From Naegleria gruberi (lineage: Eukaryota), in the NCBI GenBank assembly GCA_000004985.1, contig GG738889.1: a stretch of DNA of 64,000 bases. One strand, written 5' to 3'. The notes beneath the pieces were generated by a model, which saw only the letters and a program-made list of their open reading frames with translations, was not told the DNA's origin and did not search any database. Below, in pieces: positions 1 to 11,484 of this stretch. Every line of letters begins with the position of its first letter. The stretch's first letter is position 1. Position numbers and translations under genes: made by a program.

Positions 1-50
1 AAGCAGAGAGAACTTGCAAACACATTCCGATCAACTTTCAATCATAAAAA

Positions 51-698
51 ATGTGCCAATTTATCTTTGAGGATGATGACAAGGAATCACGTTCTGATTA
101 TGAATTTTCTAGAGAACGTAAAATATTAGGAAGCATTTGTAGTGTCGGATTTTGCTCTGTATATATTATATTATTTGCTGTAATTCTTGGTGTAAATATT
201 TCGTGGTCAACTCCACCAACATTGAATTGTTCGATATCGAGTGAATTGACAACAAGTTTATCAACACAAATATCACAAATTAATTTAAAAAGAAATATAT
301 TTAATCATTATATTGATATTTCGATAGATAATAATTTATTTGCAAAATTAAAAAGTCGTTCCGTCTTGGGATATCCAATGACAATAGATTTGACATCAAA
401 CAAGGATTCATCACTTGGTGATTCGTATGCTCTTGATGAAGTTGGAACAAGTGGTCATAATTTAACTATCCGTAATTGTAATGGTACTTTTATTGGAAAT
501 ATAAAACAACAATATGATTCTGTGTGGAGTGATTTCATCATTAATAATTTCAATTCTAGGCCAATAATGAAAATTACAGAAAAGAGACAAATCTCACCAA
601 AAGAATTTTATATTTATGATTATGATAATTCTAAAACTCTTATTGGAACTATTTCACAAAACCCAGCTGCTTGGGGAGACGGTATGTTTTTGATTTAA
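51..698 (+). CDS. hypothetical protein with N-terminal hydrophobic signal-anchor segment and N-glycosylation-rich ectodomain
   Basis: ATG-initiated 215-aa ORF with a hydrophobic stretch (ILFAVILGV) near the N-terminus and many N-x-S/T sites. No recognisable family. Convergent with PRMT1. Confidence 0.35.
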   Translation: MCQFIFEDDDKESRSDYEFSRERKILGSICSVGFCSVYIILFAVILGVNISWSTPPTLNCSISSELTTSLSTQISQINLKRNIFNHYIDISIDNNLFAKLKSRSVLGYPMTIDLTSNKDSSLGDSYALDEVGTSGHNLTIRNCNGTFIGNIKQQYDSVWSDFIINNFNSRPIMKITEKRQISPKEFYIYDYDNSKTLIGTISQNPAAWGDGMFLI

Positions 699-824
699 TA
701 TTTTGAAGTTTGACATTTTTAGAATGGACACTTTCTTTAAATTCAACAATTGTTTCAAAGAATGTTTCTATTGATAGAAGATTACTTTTATTCCTAGTTT
801 CATCTATTTCGTATTCAAAATAAA

Positions 825-1980
<1,156 letters not shown>

Positions 1981-2152
1981 TTTTTATTCTTTCAATTTTT
2001 ATTTTCTTCAAAGAATATGATGAATAATTTCATTTTCAATTATTGTTGAATGATGGTTGTTGGAGAGAATCTTTTGACAATGGATGATGCGAATCTTTGC
2101 TTTTTATCATGATTTCAATAAGTTTATTCAATAATTTTATAGAGATGTTGTT

Positions 2153-3256
2153 TCACAGTAGAATCATTCTAGATTTACTGATCACTTCTGTTGGGTGATG
2201 AATTACATGATTACTTGTTGCATTAGTTGATGTGTTACAAATTGTAGTTAGAGTTGTCGTATTATTGTGGCTGGTAATTGAGGTAACCTTATTTTCCATC
2301 AAGAGAGTTTTAAGATTCTTGCCTTGCATTTGAGCAATTTCCTTAGAATTGAAGTTAGAGAATCCCTTTGCAATTATCTTTCTACTGTTACAATCTCGAA
2401 TAGTAACAATGTCATCCCTTTCAAACTCGCCAATTAACTTGGTTATTCCACAAGCAAGAAGATTTTTACATCTTTGTGAAAGTGCAGAGGTGGCTCCTTG
2501 ATCAACCAGAATACTACCTTTTTCTTCACCTTTTCTTAATACCTCCAGAATGGAACAATTCATTGGATAATGCGATTCGAGAGCTCTCACATGATGAACC
2601 AGAGTGTCCACATAATGGTCCGATACAGGTAGGTATTCCTGTAACCTGTAGAGGTAATCTCTGTTTGGACCTGAATGGCCAAAAGCTCTCGCAATATGTT
2701 TTGATGAACAACAGATATTCTCTGGACCAATGAATGGACACTTCTTTGGCTGTTCTCTATTTACAAACGGATCAAAATAATAAACTATGGCATTCTGACA
2801 AACTGCAATCGTATCAGAAACGTAAACCTTAACACTGGTTTTCTGATAACCAGCAACCAATTCTCTATAATCTAAATCTTTCATCACTCGCTCAGCATTC
2901 TCAAATGATACCTTATAACAAGTTCCCCAAACTATTTCCTCGTCCATATCTTCACTTTTGGAATTGATATCATGTTGTAAAGATGATTTGTGAGCAAAAT
3001 TTTGATATTGACAAGAACAAATAGGCTTATTAGATTTTTCTTTCAGTACTTTCTGATAATCATTTTCTCTGATGATTGTAAGCGTTCTTCCTTCTTGATT
3101 TGGTTGTCCTCTATGGAATAAATCCTCCAACCAGAATCTTCTTCTGAATCCTTTGATAAAACCACTAAAAGAACTTTCATATTCAAATCCCGGCCTCCAA
3201 ATAACAGACCCATAGGCAAAGATAAACAACGGAGCATCAATATCACCCATACACAT
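2153..3256 (-). CDS. ChaC-like gamma-glutamylcyclotransferase with C-terminal PUA domain (fusion)
   Basis: The N-terminal half contains FIFAYGSVIW...RRRFW...RTLTIIRE and a conserved YRE glutamate, typical of the ChaC/GGCT fold. The C-terminal ILVDQGATSALSQRCKNLLACGITKLIGEFERDDIVTIRD...SKEIAQMQGK resembles the PUA domain found at the C-terminus of glutamate-5-kinase. It is a single continuous 367-aa ORF starting at ATG. Confidence 0.7.
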   Translation of the reverse strand: MCMGDIDAPLFIFAYGSVIWRPGFEYESSFSGFIKGFRRRFWLEDLFHRGQPNQEGRTLTIIRENDYQKVLKEKSNKPICSCQYQNFAHKSSLQHDINSKSEDMDEEIVWGTCYKVSFENAERVMKDLDYRELVAGYQKTSVKVYVSDTIAVCQNAIVYYFDPFVNREQPKKCPFIGPENICCSSKHIARAFGHSGPNRDYLYRLQEYLPVSDHYVDTLVHHVRALESHYPMNCSILEVLRKGEEKGSILVDQGATSALSQRCKNLLACGITKLIGEFERDDIVTIRDCNSRKIIAKGFSNFNSKEIAQMQGKNLKTLLMENKVTSITSHNNTTTLTTICNTSTNATSNHVIHHPTEVISKSRMILL

Positions 3257-3565
3257 GATGTTGCACTATTAATATATTGCTGGAGAGAAGTTGATCCTTT
3301 TTTTCGGTTTGAATTGTCTACTTATGATACTCATCGAAATGCATTTCCAAGCTTGCTTCAATTTCCATGGAAAAAGTCTAGACTAGGAACGGAAATATGG
3401 ATTTTCCAACTTGCTGTTTTTTTGAAGTAAAGAGATGTTTTCATAATGGAAGATTCACTCCTCATAACATTAAATACATTCTCCTTAAGTCCTCCTAAGG
3501 CAATTTTATTCTTTTAAATACCAAGTCAACATGTTTGTAATTTTATTAATTCTCAATTATTTAAA

Positions 3566-5122
3566 ATGTCTTCAAATCTTCCATGTGCAGAGATTATTTT
3601 GGAGGCTTGCAAAAAATTGAGTCACATTCTTGGTTCAAGCTTTGGTCCACTTGCTTTTCATAAATTAATTATTAATTATCATCACCATGTATTTTCGGAT
3701 GTAATTTATTCAAATGATGGAGCAACAATTATGGATTCACTTCCGATTGTTAATCCTATCGGAAGAATTTTATGTGATTTATCAAAATCTCAGGAGGAAC
3801 AAGCTGGAGATGGTACAACTGGTGTTGTTTTATTGTGTTGTGAATTGGTTAGAAATTGCTTGGAGGAATTACATTTAAAACAATTAATACCTTTGGATGT
3901 GATTTGCAGTAATTTATCTACTTTGAAAAATGTATGCAAAGAGACTTTTCTGACTATAATGCAGAGAGACAGGGTCATGATGCAACAATTTGTTACAAAT
4001 AATTGTGAAATTATTAATTTTATATGTAAAAATTCATTACAATCTAAGGAATTGAGATTTCATATTGAACATTTTAAAAGCATTTTAACTGAAGGATTTT
4101 CTAATGGAAATTCCATTCCTAAACATACTAAATTTCATATTATTGAGGGTGGCCAATTGAATGACAGTTTTGGATTTAACGGAATTTTTATGAATATTTC
4201 ACAATCTTCATTCTCAAAGAGATACGCCTATTCTAGTAGTTATTTGGATAAATTATCCAAGTGTAGATCAATATTATTGCTAAAGAGGCAAAATTTAGAA
4301 ATGAATCAAAAAGAAAAGCTATTTTGGAGAAGTTTATTTGAATTGGGAACCAGTAGTAGTGGAATAATAATTTTGATGGAGGGAGCATTCCCTTTTCATG
4401 ATATATTTTATAGTTCAGATTCTAATGTGCTGATATTTGATAAATTAAGCTCGAAACATTTGCAAAATATATCACATTCTCTAAATCTACCTTCAATTAT
4501 CCCAGTTGGATCAACCACCACAGTCGAGAATGAGGATCTCTATATTTTCGAGTCTTCTCCTAATTTTTCAATTTTTCAAAACGAGATTTTCATAACTATT
4601 CCTAATGTTTGTGACTTTTTTAATATTATTATTCGAGGGCCTTCCAATACTATTAATGAGGAATCCAAGAGGTCAATTAAGGATGCCTTCTATGTAATTA
4701 AAGGGTTTATCAATGAAAACAACTTTTTCAGTGCTTCCAATACATCAGAATTATGTGGAGGAGGATGTCACATTGAAATGAGTATATGGAGAGATGTCAG
4801 CAATTCCTCAGTACTGTCCAAAGGAATTTCAACAATATTTGCTGATAGCTTCTTATCAATAGTGAGATTTTTATTGCACTCGAGTGGATTCAAACATGAT
4901 TCAGAAATGATAATTTTACGATTGGCAAGTGAATATTCTAAAAATCCAAACTCTTTCTTTGGTATTGATCTTACCAATCAAGATTCACAAACTCCAATAA
5001 TTTCCAACATTATAGAAGCTCATATCATTGAAAATCTCAGAGTCAAGAAAATAATGATCGAGTTGGCCATTGAAACAGCCATAAATCTACTCAGAATCAA
5101 ATCAATTGATTTTACCAATTAA
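3566..5122 (+). CDS. divergent TCP-1/cpn60 (group II chaperonin, CCT-like) family protein
   Basis: The 518-aa ORF retains the LGP...NDGATI...GDGTT...GGG(C)xE signature spacing of the CCT apical and equatorial ATP-binding motifs. It is otherwise highly diverged from canonical CCT subunits. Confidence 0.55.
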   Translation: MSSNLPCAEIILEACKKLSHILGSSFGPLAFHKLIINYHHHVFSDVIYSNDGATIMDSLPIVNPIGRILCDLSKSQEEQAGDGTTGVVLLCCELVRNCLEELHLKQLIPLDVICSNLSTLKNVCKETFLTIMQRDRVMMQQFVTNNCEIINFICKNSLQSKELRFHIEHFKSILTEGFSNGNSIPKHTKFHIIEGGQLNDSFGFNGIFMNISQSSFSKRYAYSSSYLDKLSKCRSILLLKRQNLEMNQKEKLFWRSLFELGTSSSGIIILMEGAFPFHDIFYSSDSNVLIFDKLSSKHLQNISHSLNLPSIIPVGSTTTVENEDLYIFESSPNFSIFQNEIFITIPNVCDFFNIIIRGPSNTINEESKRSIKDAFYVIKGFINENNFFSASNTSELCGGGCHIEMSIWRDVSNSSVLSKGISTIFADSFLSIVRFLLHSSGFKHDSEMIILRLASEYSKNPNSFFGIDLTNQDSQTPIISNIIEAHIIENLRVKKIMIELAIETAINLLRIKSIDFTN

Positions 5123-5243
5123 ACAACAAGCTTTAAAATTGCTTCTAACAAAGGCAAGAAGTGTTTGGCGCCAAAAATTTAAAAAAAATAACCAAACAAC
5201 AATCTCACACAAAGGCTTGCATTCGCTGTTGGTGAAGTTGAAA

Positions 5244-6557
5244 ATGTCGTCATCGAAGCAACAAGAGACTAACAATACGGAACAAACACAACAACAAATG
5301 GAAACACAACAACAATATGATAATCAAGAGGAAGTTGAAATAGATGAGAGATCTTTGAAATGTAATGCTTTTATCATTGAATATATACTTTATAAAAAAG
5401 TTGATTATCTTGTAGAGGATTTGTTAAGAGAACTCCCATATGATCGCGATAATGTTAATCTTAGAACTAGATTAATTATAAGTCAATTGAATGGATTGTG
5501 GGAAGAAGTTGAACAGGAAGATAAAGTTGATGGTGATAGAATCGGATTTATTGTTAGTTCTGTGACTGCTTTACTAGGATTACTTGATGAGAGAAAACAA
5601 ACTTTTGCAGAATTTTTCCAAGAAGCAACCTTCTCCGCAGATGCTTATTCTAAAAAGATCAAGAAATGGTTGACCTCTTTCATTAATGCTGACACATATG
5701 AACTCAAATATCAATCACTTGAGGCTCTTGTCAAATATTTCAATATACTAGGAAATTATCTTGGTGAACCTAAGCTTTATTCATTGCTGAATCAACCAAA
5801 ACAAATCCAGGAGGAAACACAATCTAATGATGCTGTAATGAATGAACCACAAATACCACAAATCACTGTTGATTCACTTCCAGACGAGCCATGTACATAT
5901 TTAGGGCTTAAAAACACAGGAATTTCAACATCAGAAGAAACTACAATCTTTATAACAGAAAGACTTTTTAACGCTAGGAAACCATCAAAACCAATACCTC
6001 AGGTACCTGAGAAAGCACCAAGACAAGAAGAGCTTACTCAGCAACCTACTCAGCAAGTTGTTGCAGCCTCTACTCAATCTAATCAAGATGAACAAGCCAA
6101 GAAGAGAAAACCTACTGCTAATGCCAATAATTTAAAAAAGAAGAGGTTAATGGATAGTCAAAAGGATGCTAAAAGAGTTGTAATTATTAGGGAATTTGCT
6201 TCTTCTGAAGATGATGAAGATATTCCTATTACTCGTGCTTCTAAGCTACAAAGACCAAGATCTAAATCAGATACAAATGGTAAATCCAAGAAGAAATCTG
6301 TTTTTGAGGATTCTTCCAGTAGTGAAGAAGAAACTGAACGAGTTCTTTTCAAGCCACGTAAAAAATCAAAAGATACCAAGCAAAAGAAAGTATTTTGGAC
6401 TGATGATGAAGTTAACGCCTTACTTAAAGGTTTCAAGATGTATGGAACTCAGTGGGCAAGAATTTTAGCAGAATTCAAAAAGACTTTCCATCCCAACAGA
6501 GATAGTCTTAGTCTTCGTGACAAATACAGAAATATGGAAAAGTATGGTCAAATTTAA
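5244..6557 (+). CDS. Myb/SANT telobox-domain protein (TRF/Taz1/Tbf1-like putative telomeric dsDNA-binding factor)
   Basis: The C-terminus is WTDDEVNALLKGFKMYGTQWARILAEF...RDSLSLRDKYRNMEKYG, matching a single Myb repeat with the telobox LKDKWRN-type ending. The N-terminal region is helical. The first in-frame ATG is at 5244, which is the MSSSKQQ start, whereas the track ORF starts at an upstream non-ATG. Confidence 0.55.
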   Translation: MSSSKQQETNNTEQTQQQMETQQQYDNQEEVEIDERSLKCNAFIIEYILYKKVDYLVEDLLRELPYDRDNVNLRTRLIISQLNGLWEEVEQEDKVDGDRIGFIVSSVTALLGLLDERKQTFAEFFQEATFSADAYSKKIKKWLTSFINADTYELKYQSLEALVKYFNILGNYLGEPKLYSLLNQPKQIQEETQSNDAVMNEPQIPQITVDSLPDEPCTYLGLKNTGISTSEETTIFITERLFNARKPSKPIPQVPEKAPRQEELTQQPTQQVVAASTQSNQDEQAKKRKPTANANNLKKKRLMDSQKDAKRVVIIREFASSEDDEDIPITRASKLQRPRSKSDTNGKSKKKSVFEDSSSSEEETERVLFKPRKKSKDTKQKKVFWTDDEVNALLKGFKMYGTQWARILAEFKKTFHPNRDSLSLRDKYRNMEKYGQI

Positions 6558-6578
6558 GTTGTACATTTAATAAATAAT

Positions 6579-9037
6579 TTATTCTTCGTCATCGATAACA
6601 ATAGCATCTTCATCCTCTTCCTCTACTTTTTTCTTTGATCTTGATGAGCTTGCTTTCTTTGGTTTTTCTTCAGTTTTCTTTGGTCTTCCTCTTCTCTTTG
6701 GTTGTTCTTCTTCCTCTTCGTCTTCATCTACATCTAATGCTTTGAACTTGGCTTTCTTTGAAGCTGCTGCCTTTCCTCTTGTTTTCTTTGGCTTTTCTTC
6801 CTCTTCATCACTTTCGTTCTTCTTTCTTTTAGCTCCTCTCTTTTTTGGTTTTTCTTCCTCTTCATCACTGGCAACCTTCTTTTTTCTTCCTCTTGTCGTC
6901 TTTTTTGGTTTCTCTTCCGCAGCTTCTTCGTCGCTTACAACCTTCTTTTTTCTTCCTCTGGTTGTTTTCTTTGGTATCTCTTCTTCCTCTTCTTCACTTT
7001 CATTTTTCTTCTTTCTGCTTGTAGGTTTCTTCTTTTCGACAATTTCCTCTTCCTCAAGAATATCCTCTTCATCAGATTTGTCCTCAGATTTTGAAGCCTT
7101 AGAGAGCCTGTCAGACATTATTTTATCCTTATCCAAGTTCTCTTTGCTTTCTTCTCTATACTTTTGTAAATATTTCTCCAAATCAGATTCAGAAATGTCT
7201 TGATTGGCAAATTGTTTGAGATCAGACCACAATTTCTTTTGTTTTGACTTGATATCACTAGCAACAAAGTCATCAATGGCATGAGCTTCTTCCTTATCTA
7301 CAAAGTCAACAACAGAGTTTTGGAATTCAAATTCATTCAATACTAATAAACCATTAATATTAGTTTTTTTGGTGGATGTCTCTTTCAGGAAATGTGAAAC
7401 TAAATCTTCAATCTTGATACCATCAGTAAGAGCATCACTTGCAGCATCTGCAAATAGCTCACTATTATTATCATTATTCAAAATTGCATTAAGTAATTGT
7501 TCTTTGGATTTCTTTTTCTTACTCTTCTTTTTTCCCTTTTCCTCTTCAACTTCTTCATCCTCTTCCATGTTGTCCTCTTCCTTTGATGCCTTTTTCCTTG
7601 ATAATAAAAGCAAATCTGATGGGTTGGCAATCTTTCCAACAAAGTTTTGACCAAATCTTTGAGGATTGACAGTGGCATAACCACCACTGTAATCTACTCT
7701 GAGTCTGATAATTGGTAGATCTAATCCAGGATATTTCTTATAGTAGGCTTTGAGTTCTTTAATTGCTTCTTCATCCCCTTCAAAATTACTTAGTTTGTCT
7801 TCCTTAGCTTGTTTAATTAATTGATTTACGTGTTCTTTAAGGAAATCAGCAATTTCGTCTGGATTGTTCTTAATATGTTTCAAATCTTGTTCAAAATCAG
7901 AGAGAGAAATTGAATCAAATACGTAAGGTCTTACAGTTTTCAATGTAATTGGAATAACTCTGAATGAATCTTTGTAAATTTCCAAGATGGCAACCTTTTT
8001 TGGCTTAGCTTCTTGGTGTGTGTATGTAGTAGAAATAGAACTACCTGGTTGCATTACTTCAAATCCACCAGTAGCACTTTTTGTTGGAGTGATTTGTTGT
8101 TCATGTTCATGACCCCACACTACTAGATCAAAAAATCCTTTCAGCATACTTTCACTAATATTTCCTTTCTTTGTGTGATGTTGATTTCTATTTTGGTGAA
8201 TGGTCATCAAATTAAACCATTCATTTGAACCTTGACTATCTTCACCACTTGGTCTAAAGAATGTCACTTTCTGATTTTTAAATGTTTGATATAAACGTTC
8301 GTCTCTTATATAACCAAGTCCATAAAGTGCAAGTTTAGTTTCTCCTTTTTGTACTAAAATAGGTTTAACTTGAATATTATCCACAGTTTCACACTTTCCG
8401 AAATAATTTATCAAATTACATTGTGCAAGAACATCCAAAACACTGAGACTATTCTCTCCAGACCAAGCATCATGATTACCTAATGTTTTAATCATTGTCA
8501 TATAAATTATGAAAACTCATAAAATACAAACTTACCACTGATTGCAAAAATTGGAAGAGAAATATTAACATTAGGATCTTCATAATTTACAGTTCCTTCA
8601 GGATTTGATTTGAAATTTACAGATTGATCACTTAAAATTTGCAAAGGAACAGGCTTGTCACCAAAAACATATTTTCTCAGAATTGATATTGTCTTGTGAA
8701 GAGTATCACGAGAAGGCTTGTTATCATGGAAAAGATCACCTCCCTGTAACACAAAATCTACATTATATTTGTGACCATATTGAATAATCTCCTCAAAGAT
8801 GATAAAAGAGTCATCCTTTCTAACTGTATCACGTTCCAAGTATCCAACATGATTATCCGTTGTTATTAAAACTCTGAGAACATCCTTTTCATCAACATCT
8901 TGCTCATTAACACCACTTGATCCTTCTTCAACAGGTTTAATTCCTCCCTCTTCATCATCAACATAACTACGCTGTGATGAGAGACGGAAATTAGAGGCTT
9001 GTGAAGCTCCACTCTGTGTCCTAGGCATATTGTTCAA
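6579..9037 (-). CDS. MRE11: MRE11 double-strand break repair nuclease. Two exons at about 9037..8536 and 8479..6579.
   Basis: Exon 1 has phosphoesterase motifs I-III (TDNHVGY, GGDLFHDNKPSR) and ends ...PIFAISG with a GTAAGT donor. A 56-bp intron ends in CATTAG. Exon 2 begins NHDAWSG (motif IV, GNHD) and continues through the MRE11 capping domain. The long K/E-rich C-terminal tail carries basic repeats. Confidence 0.9.
6745..7060. repeat. imperfect tandem repeats (about 60-66 bp units) encoding the K/E-rich AT-hook-like tail of MRE11
   Basis: A repeated tcttcc/ttttttgg motif on the plus strand corresponds to reiterated EEKPKKTTRGRKKKV[A/V]SDEE peptides, plus one KRRGRPKK unit. Confidence 0.5.
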
Positions 9038-9332
9038 TATTTATATTATTATTTACAAATTAACCACACACACCCAGAGAGTTTTCTTCTTATTGGTGAT
9101 GAGTGAGGGTCGAATAGAAAATTCGCAATTTTTTTACAGTTTTAAAATCAAGGCTTTGCTGGAAAATTACAATTTGAAATCGATAGAGATGAACAATAAT
9201 CTAAAGAAGATATAATATTTAAAAAGTGTGTACTAATAACATTGTTATTTAATATTAATTGAGGCTCTATTCTATTTACTTTGAGAAAAAAAATTTAAAT
9301 GTTTATTAATCGAATGGTACTTTGAGAAAAAA

Positions 9333-10646
9333 ATGGAAAATCTTACACCACTACTTTTTGATTTTTCCGAAGATGATCCATATTCCGAAGATGATCCAGA
9401 AGAATATTGCACAACAATGGAAAGTAGTGATGTAATGGATGATATCATTTTCAGGCCAATAGTGAATCATCTTCCAAGAGAAATAATACTTGAAATTTTG
9501 AGCTTTTTCCGATTGGAAAATATTAATCCAGTTAATAATGAAAGTGAATTAATCAAGATGTGTTTTGGCAGATTTTCAAATGATAGTAGTATTGAGTGTT
9601 TGTTTAGATGGATTGATGTAGATGGTGTAGCCTGGAGGAAAATGGACAAGTATCCACAACAGATAATTCATCTATTACAATTAAATAACAGAGGTGCAGG
9701 AATTGAATTGAAACCAGTAATGTTTCGAATGATGGAAGAGAATATAGTGATGAAGGATTTCTTCTTTGATGCTGGAAGGTTTGATTTTTCGTTGGTGGAA
9801 TCATTGGAAATGAATTGCCAACAAATGGCGCTTGATCTCATTCAGAGAGCTCTACAAACTTTTACTTTTGTGAAAAGCATTGAAATTGAGATGAGTTATT
9901 CAGAAGCTTCATTGATTGAAATTGTACCCTTCTTATCAAATATGTCAAATTTGAAATTATTTGCTTTTCATTGTGATGATTTTGTTACATTCGATTTGTT
10001 AGAATTATCCAAAGTGACTCCACAATTGGAAGAGTTAAGAATTTCATCCTCTTCTTCCATACTCGCATGTCACCAAGCTGTTTCCAATTGGAAACATTTA
10101 AAACGACTTGAATGGGCATTTGTTTCGTATGATAATTTATTTTCTGGTTTTGATGAATCTGATAACTTTAATGAGGATGCCAGACTATTCTATGAAGTTC
10201 TCAACAAGTCATTAGTTGAGCATCTTAGTTTAAAATTGGAGAAATTGACAGATTTCTTTGAAATAACATCACCCTTATTGAAGGATCTGTCATTGAAGAA
10301 TTGCACTCTTTCACCTATGAATTATTCTAACATTCTCAAGATTGAAAAATTGGAAAGATTGACATTGATCAACTCTCATGACGAAATTATCAAACAAGCT
10401 CCTTATCACCTCAAAAATCTCAAATATTTATGCATTAGTGAGTGTGATTCAAAATCTCTTGAGTACATTAACAAAATAGCTTCACTTCAAACGATTGACT
10501 TTGTTTCTCCAAAATTCATGCCTAATCAACTCTCTATCTTTAATGGACATCCTTCCCTTGACAAAATTATAATTAAAGGAATCACATTTAAAAGAGAATT
10601 TTTCAGAGATCTAGAAAATATTGAAATCAAATTACAACAGCATTAA
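9333..10646 (+). CDS. F-box-like / leucine-rich-repeat protein
   Basis: ATG start. The N-terminal IFRPIVNHLPREIILEILSFF fits an F-box (LPxEI...IL). The remainder is repetitive L-rich segments (LxxLxLxxC) typical of FBXL-type LRRs. Confidence 0.45.
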   Translation: MENLTPLLFDFSEDDPYSEDDPEEYCTTMESSDVMDDIIFRPIVNHLPREIILEILSFFRLENINPVNNESELIKMCFGRFSNDSSIECLFRWIDVDGVAWRKMDKYPQQIIHLLQLNNRGAGIELKPVMFRMMEENIVMKDFFFDAGRFDFSLVESLEMNCQQMALDLIQRALQTFTFVKSIEIEMSYSEASLIEIVPFLSNMSNLKLFAFHCDDFVTFDLLELSKVTPQLEELRISSSSSILACHQAVSNWKHLKRLEWAFVSYDNLFSGFDESDNFNEDARLFYEVLNKSLVEHLSLKLEKLTDFFEITSPLLKDLSLKNCTLSPMNYSNILKIEKLERLTLINSHDEIIKQAPYHLKNLKYLCISECDSKSLEYINKIASLQTIDFVSPKFMPNQLSIFNGHPSLDKIIIKGITFKREFFRDLENIEIKLQQH

Positions 10647-11484
10647 TTTGTGATAGATATTTTCTTCTGTATTCTTTTTACGTATTTTACGTAAAAGATA
10701 GAGAACAATTTCAGATTCTTAGATTTTTGCAACTGAATAGTTTGTAATAGACTGATTTGATTACATTTGTTGAGCGAATGATGGAAAAGAAGGCCAGTTT
10801 AGTCCATTTTACTTCCACTTTAAGGAATTTTGATGATTATCGGATATGTATGTTTTCATATTTGAGCTCGAAATGATGATTACAATTTCATATGTGAAAC
10901 TGTCTTTTCAAATCAGAGGAGCCAAAATCATCTCAATTTGTAATAATTCTGTGCTAAATTGGAACGAAAACTAGTTTCATAGCATGACTCAAGATCTTTA
11001 TTTTCCAATCAATTAACACAACTGATTTACCAACATTGAATCATAACGAGAGTAGAATTTTTAGATGTTTTTTTGCACAAAGTGAATAATTATATTATTA
11101 AGCCATCAAGGATTATACATTTACTTACTTGGTTGCTGTCACTTGTTGTAAACAGCGTGAAGCGGTGTGTAAGTGAAAGAGCAGGTGTTACTTTTAAAAG
11201 AACTGGTTTTTAAAAATGGTCTCGATTTTCCAATTAGTGTTGTGTAAATTAATCTCAGACCTACATGAAATTGATCTTGGATTGCTGAGATAATGATTCG
11301 TTTTGTTTGAAATAGTTTTGATTGTGAAAAAGTGTCGCAAATATAGGTCAAACGAATACCAAAGCACCATTTATCCTGCCCCTTCGAATGTTTTTACTTT
11401 CGTTTATTGGATTGATGAAGTTAAATTCTGCAACTAAACATTAGCTGTCTGAATAGCGAAAAACAAATAGAAAAAACAAGATAA

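Noticed and set aside
6742-7203. 153-aa plus-strand ORF antisense to MRE11
   Set aside because: It is the complement of the K/E-rich low-complexity MRE11 tail and gives a Ser/Phe/Leu-rich nonsense peptide. The same applies to ORFs 7369-7650 and 7478-7687.
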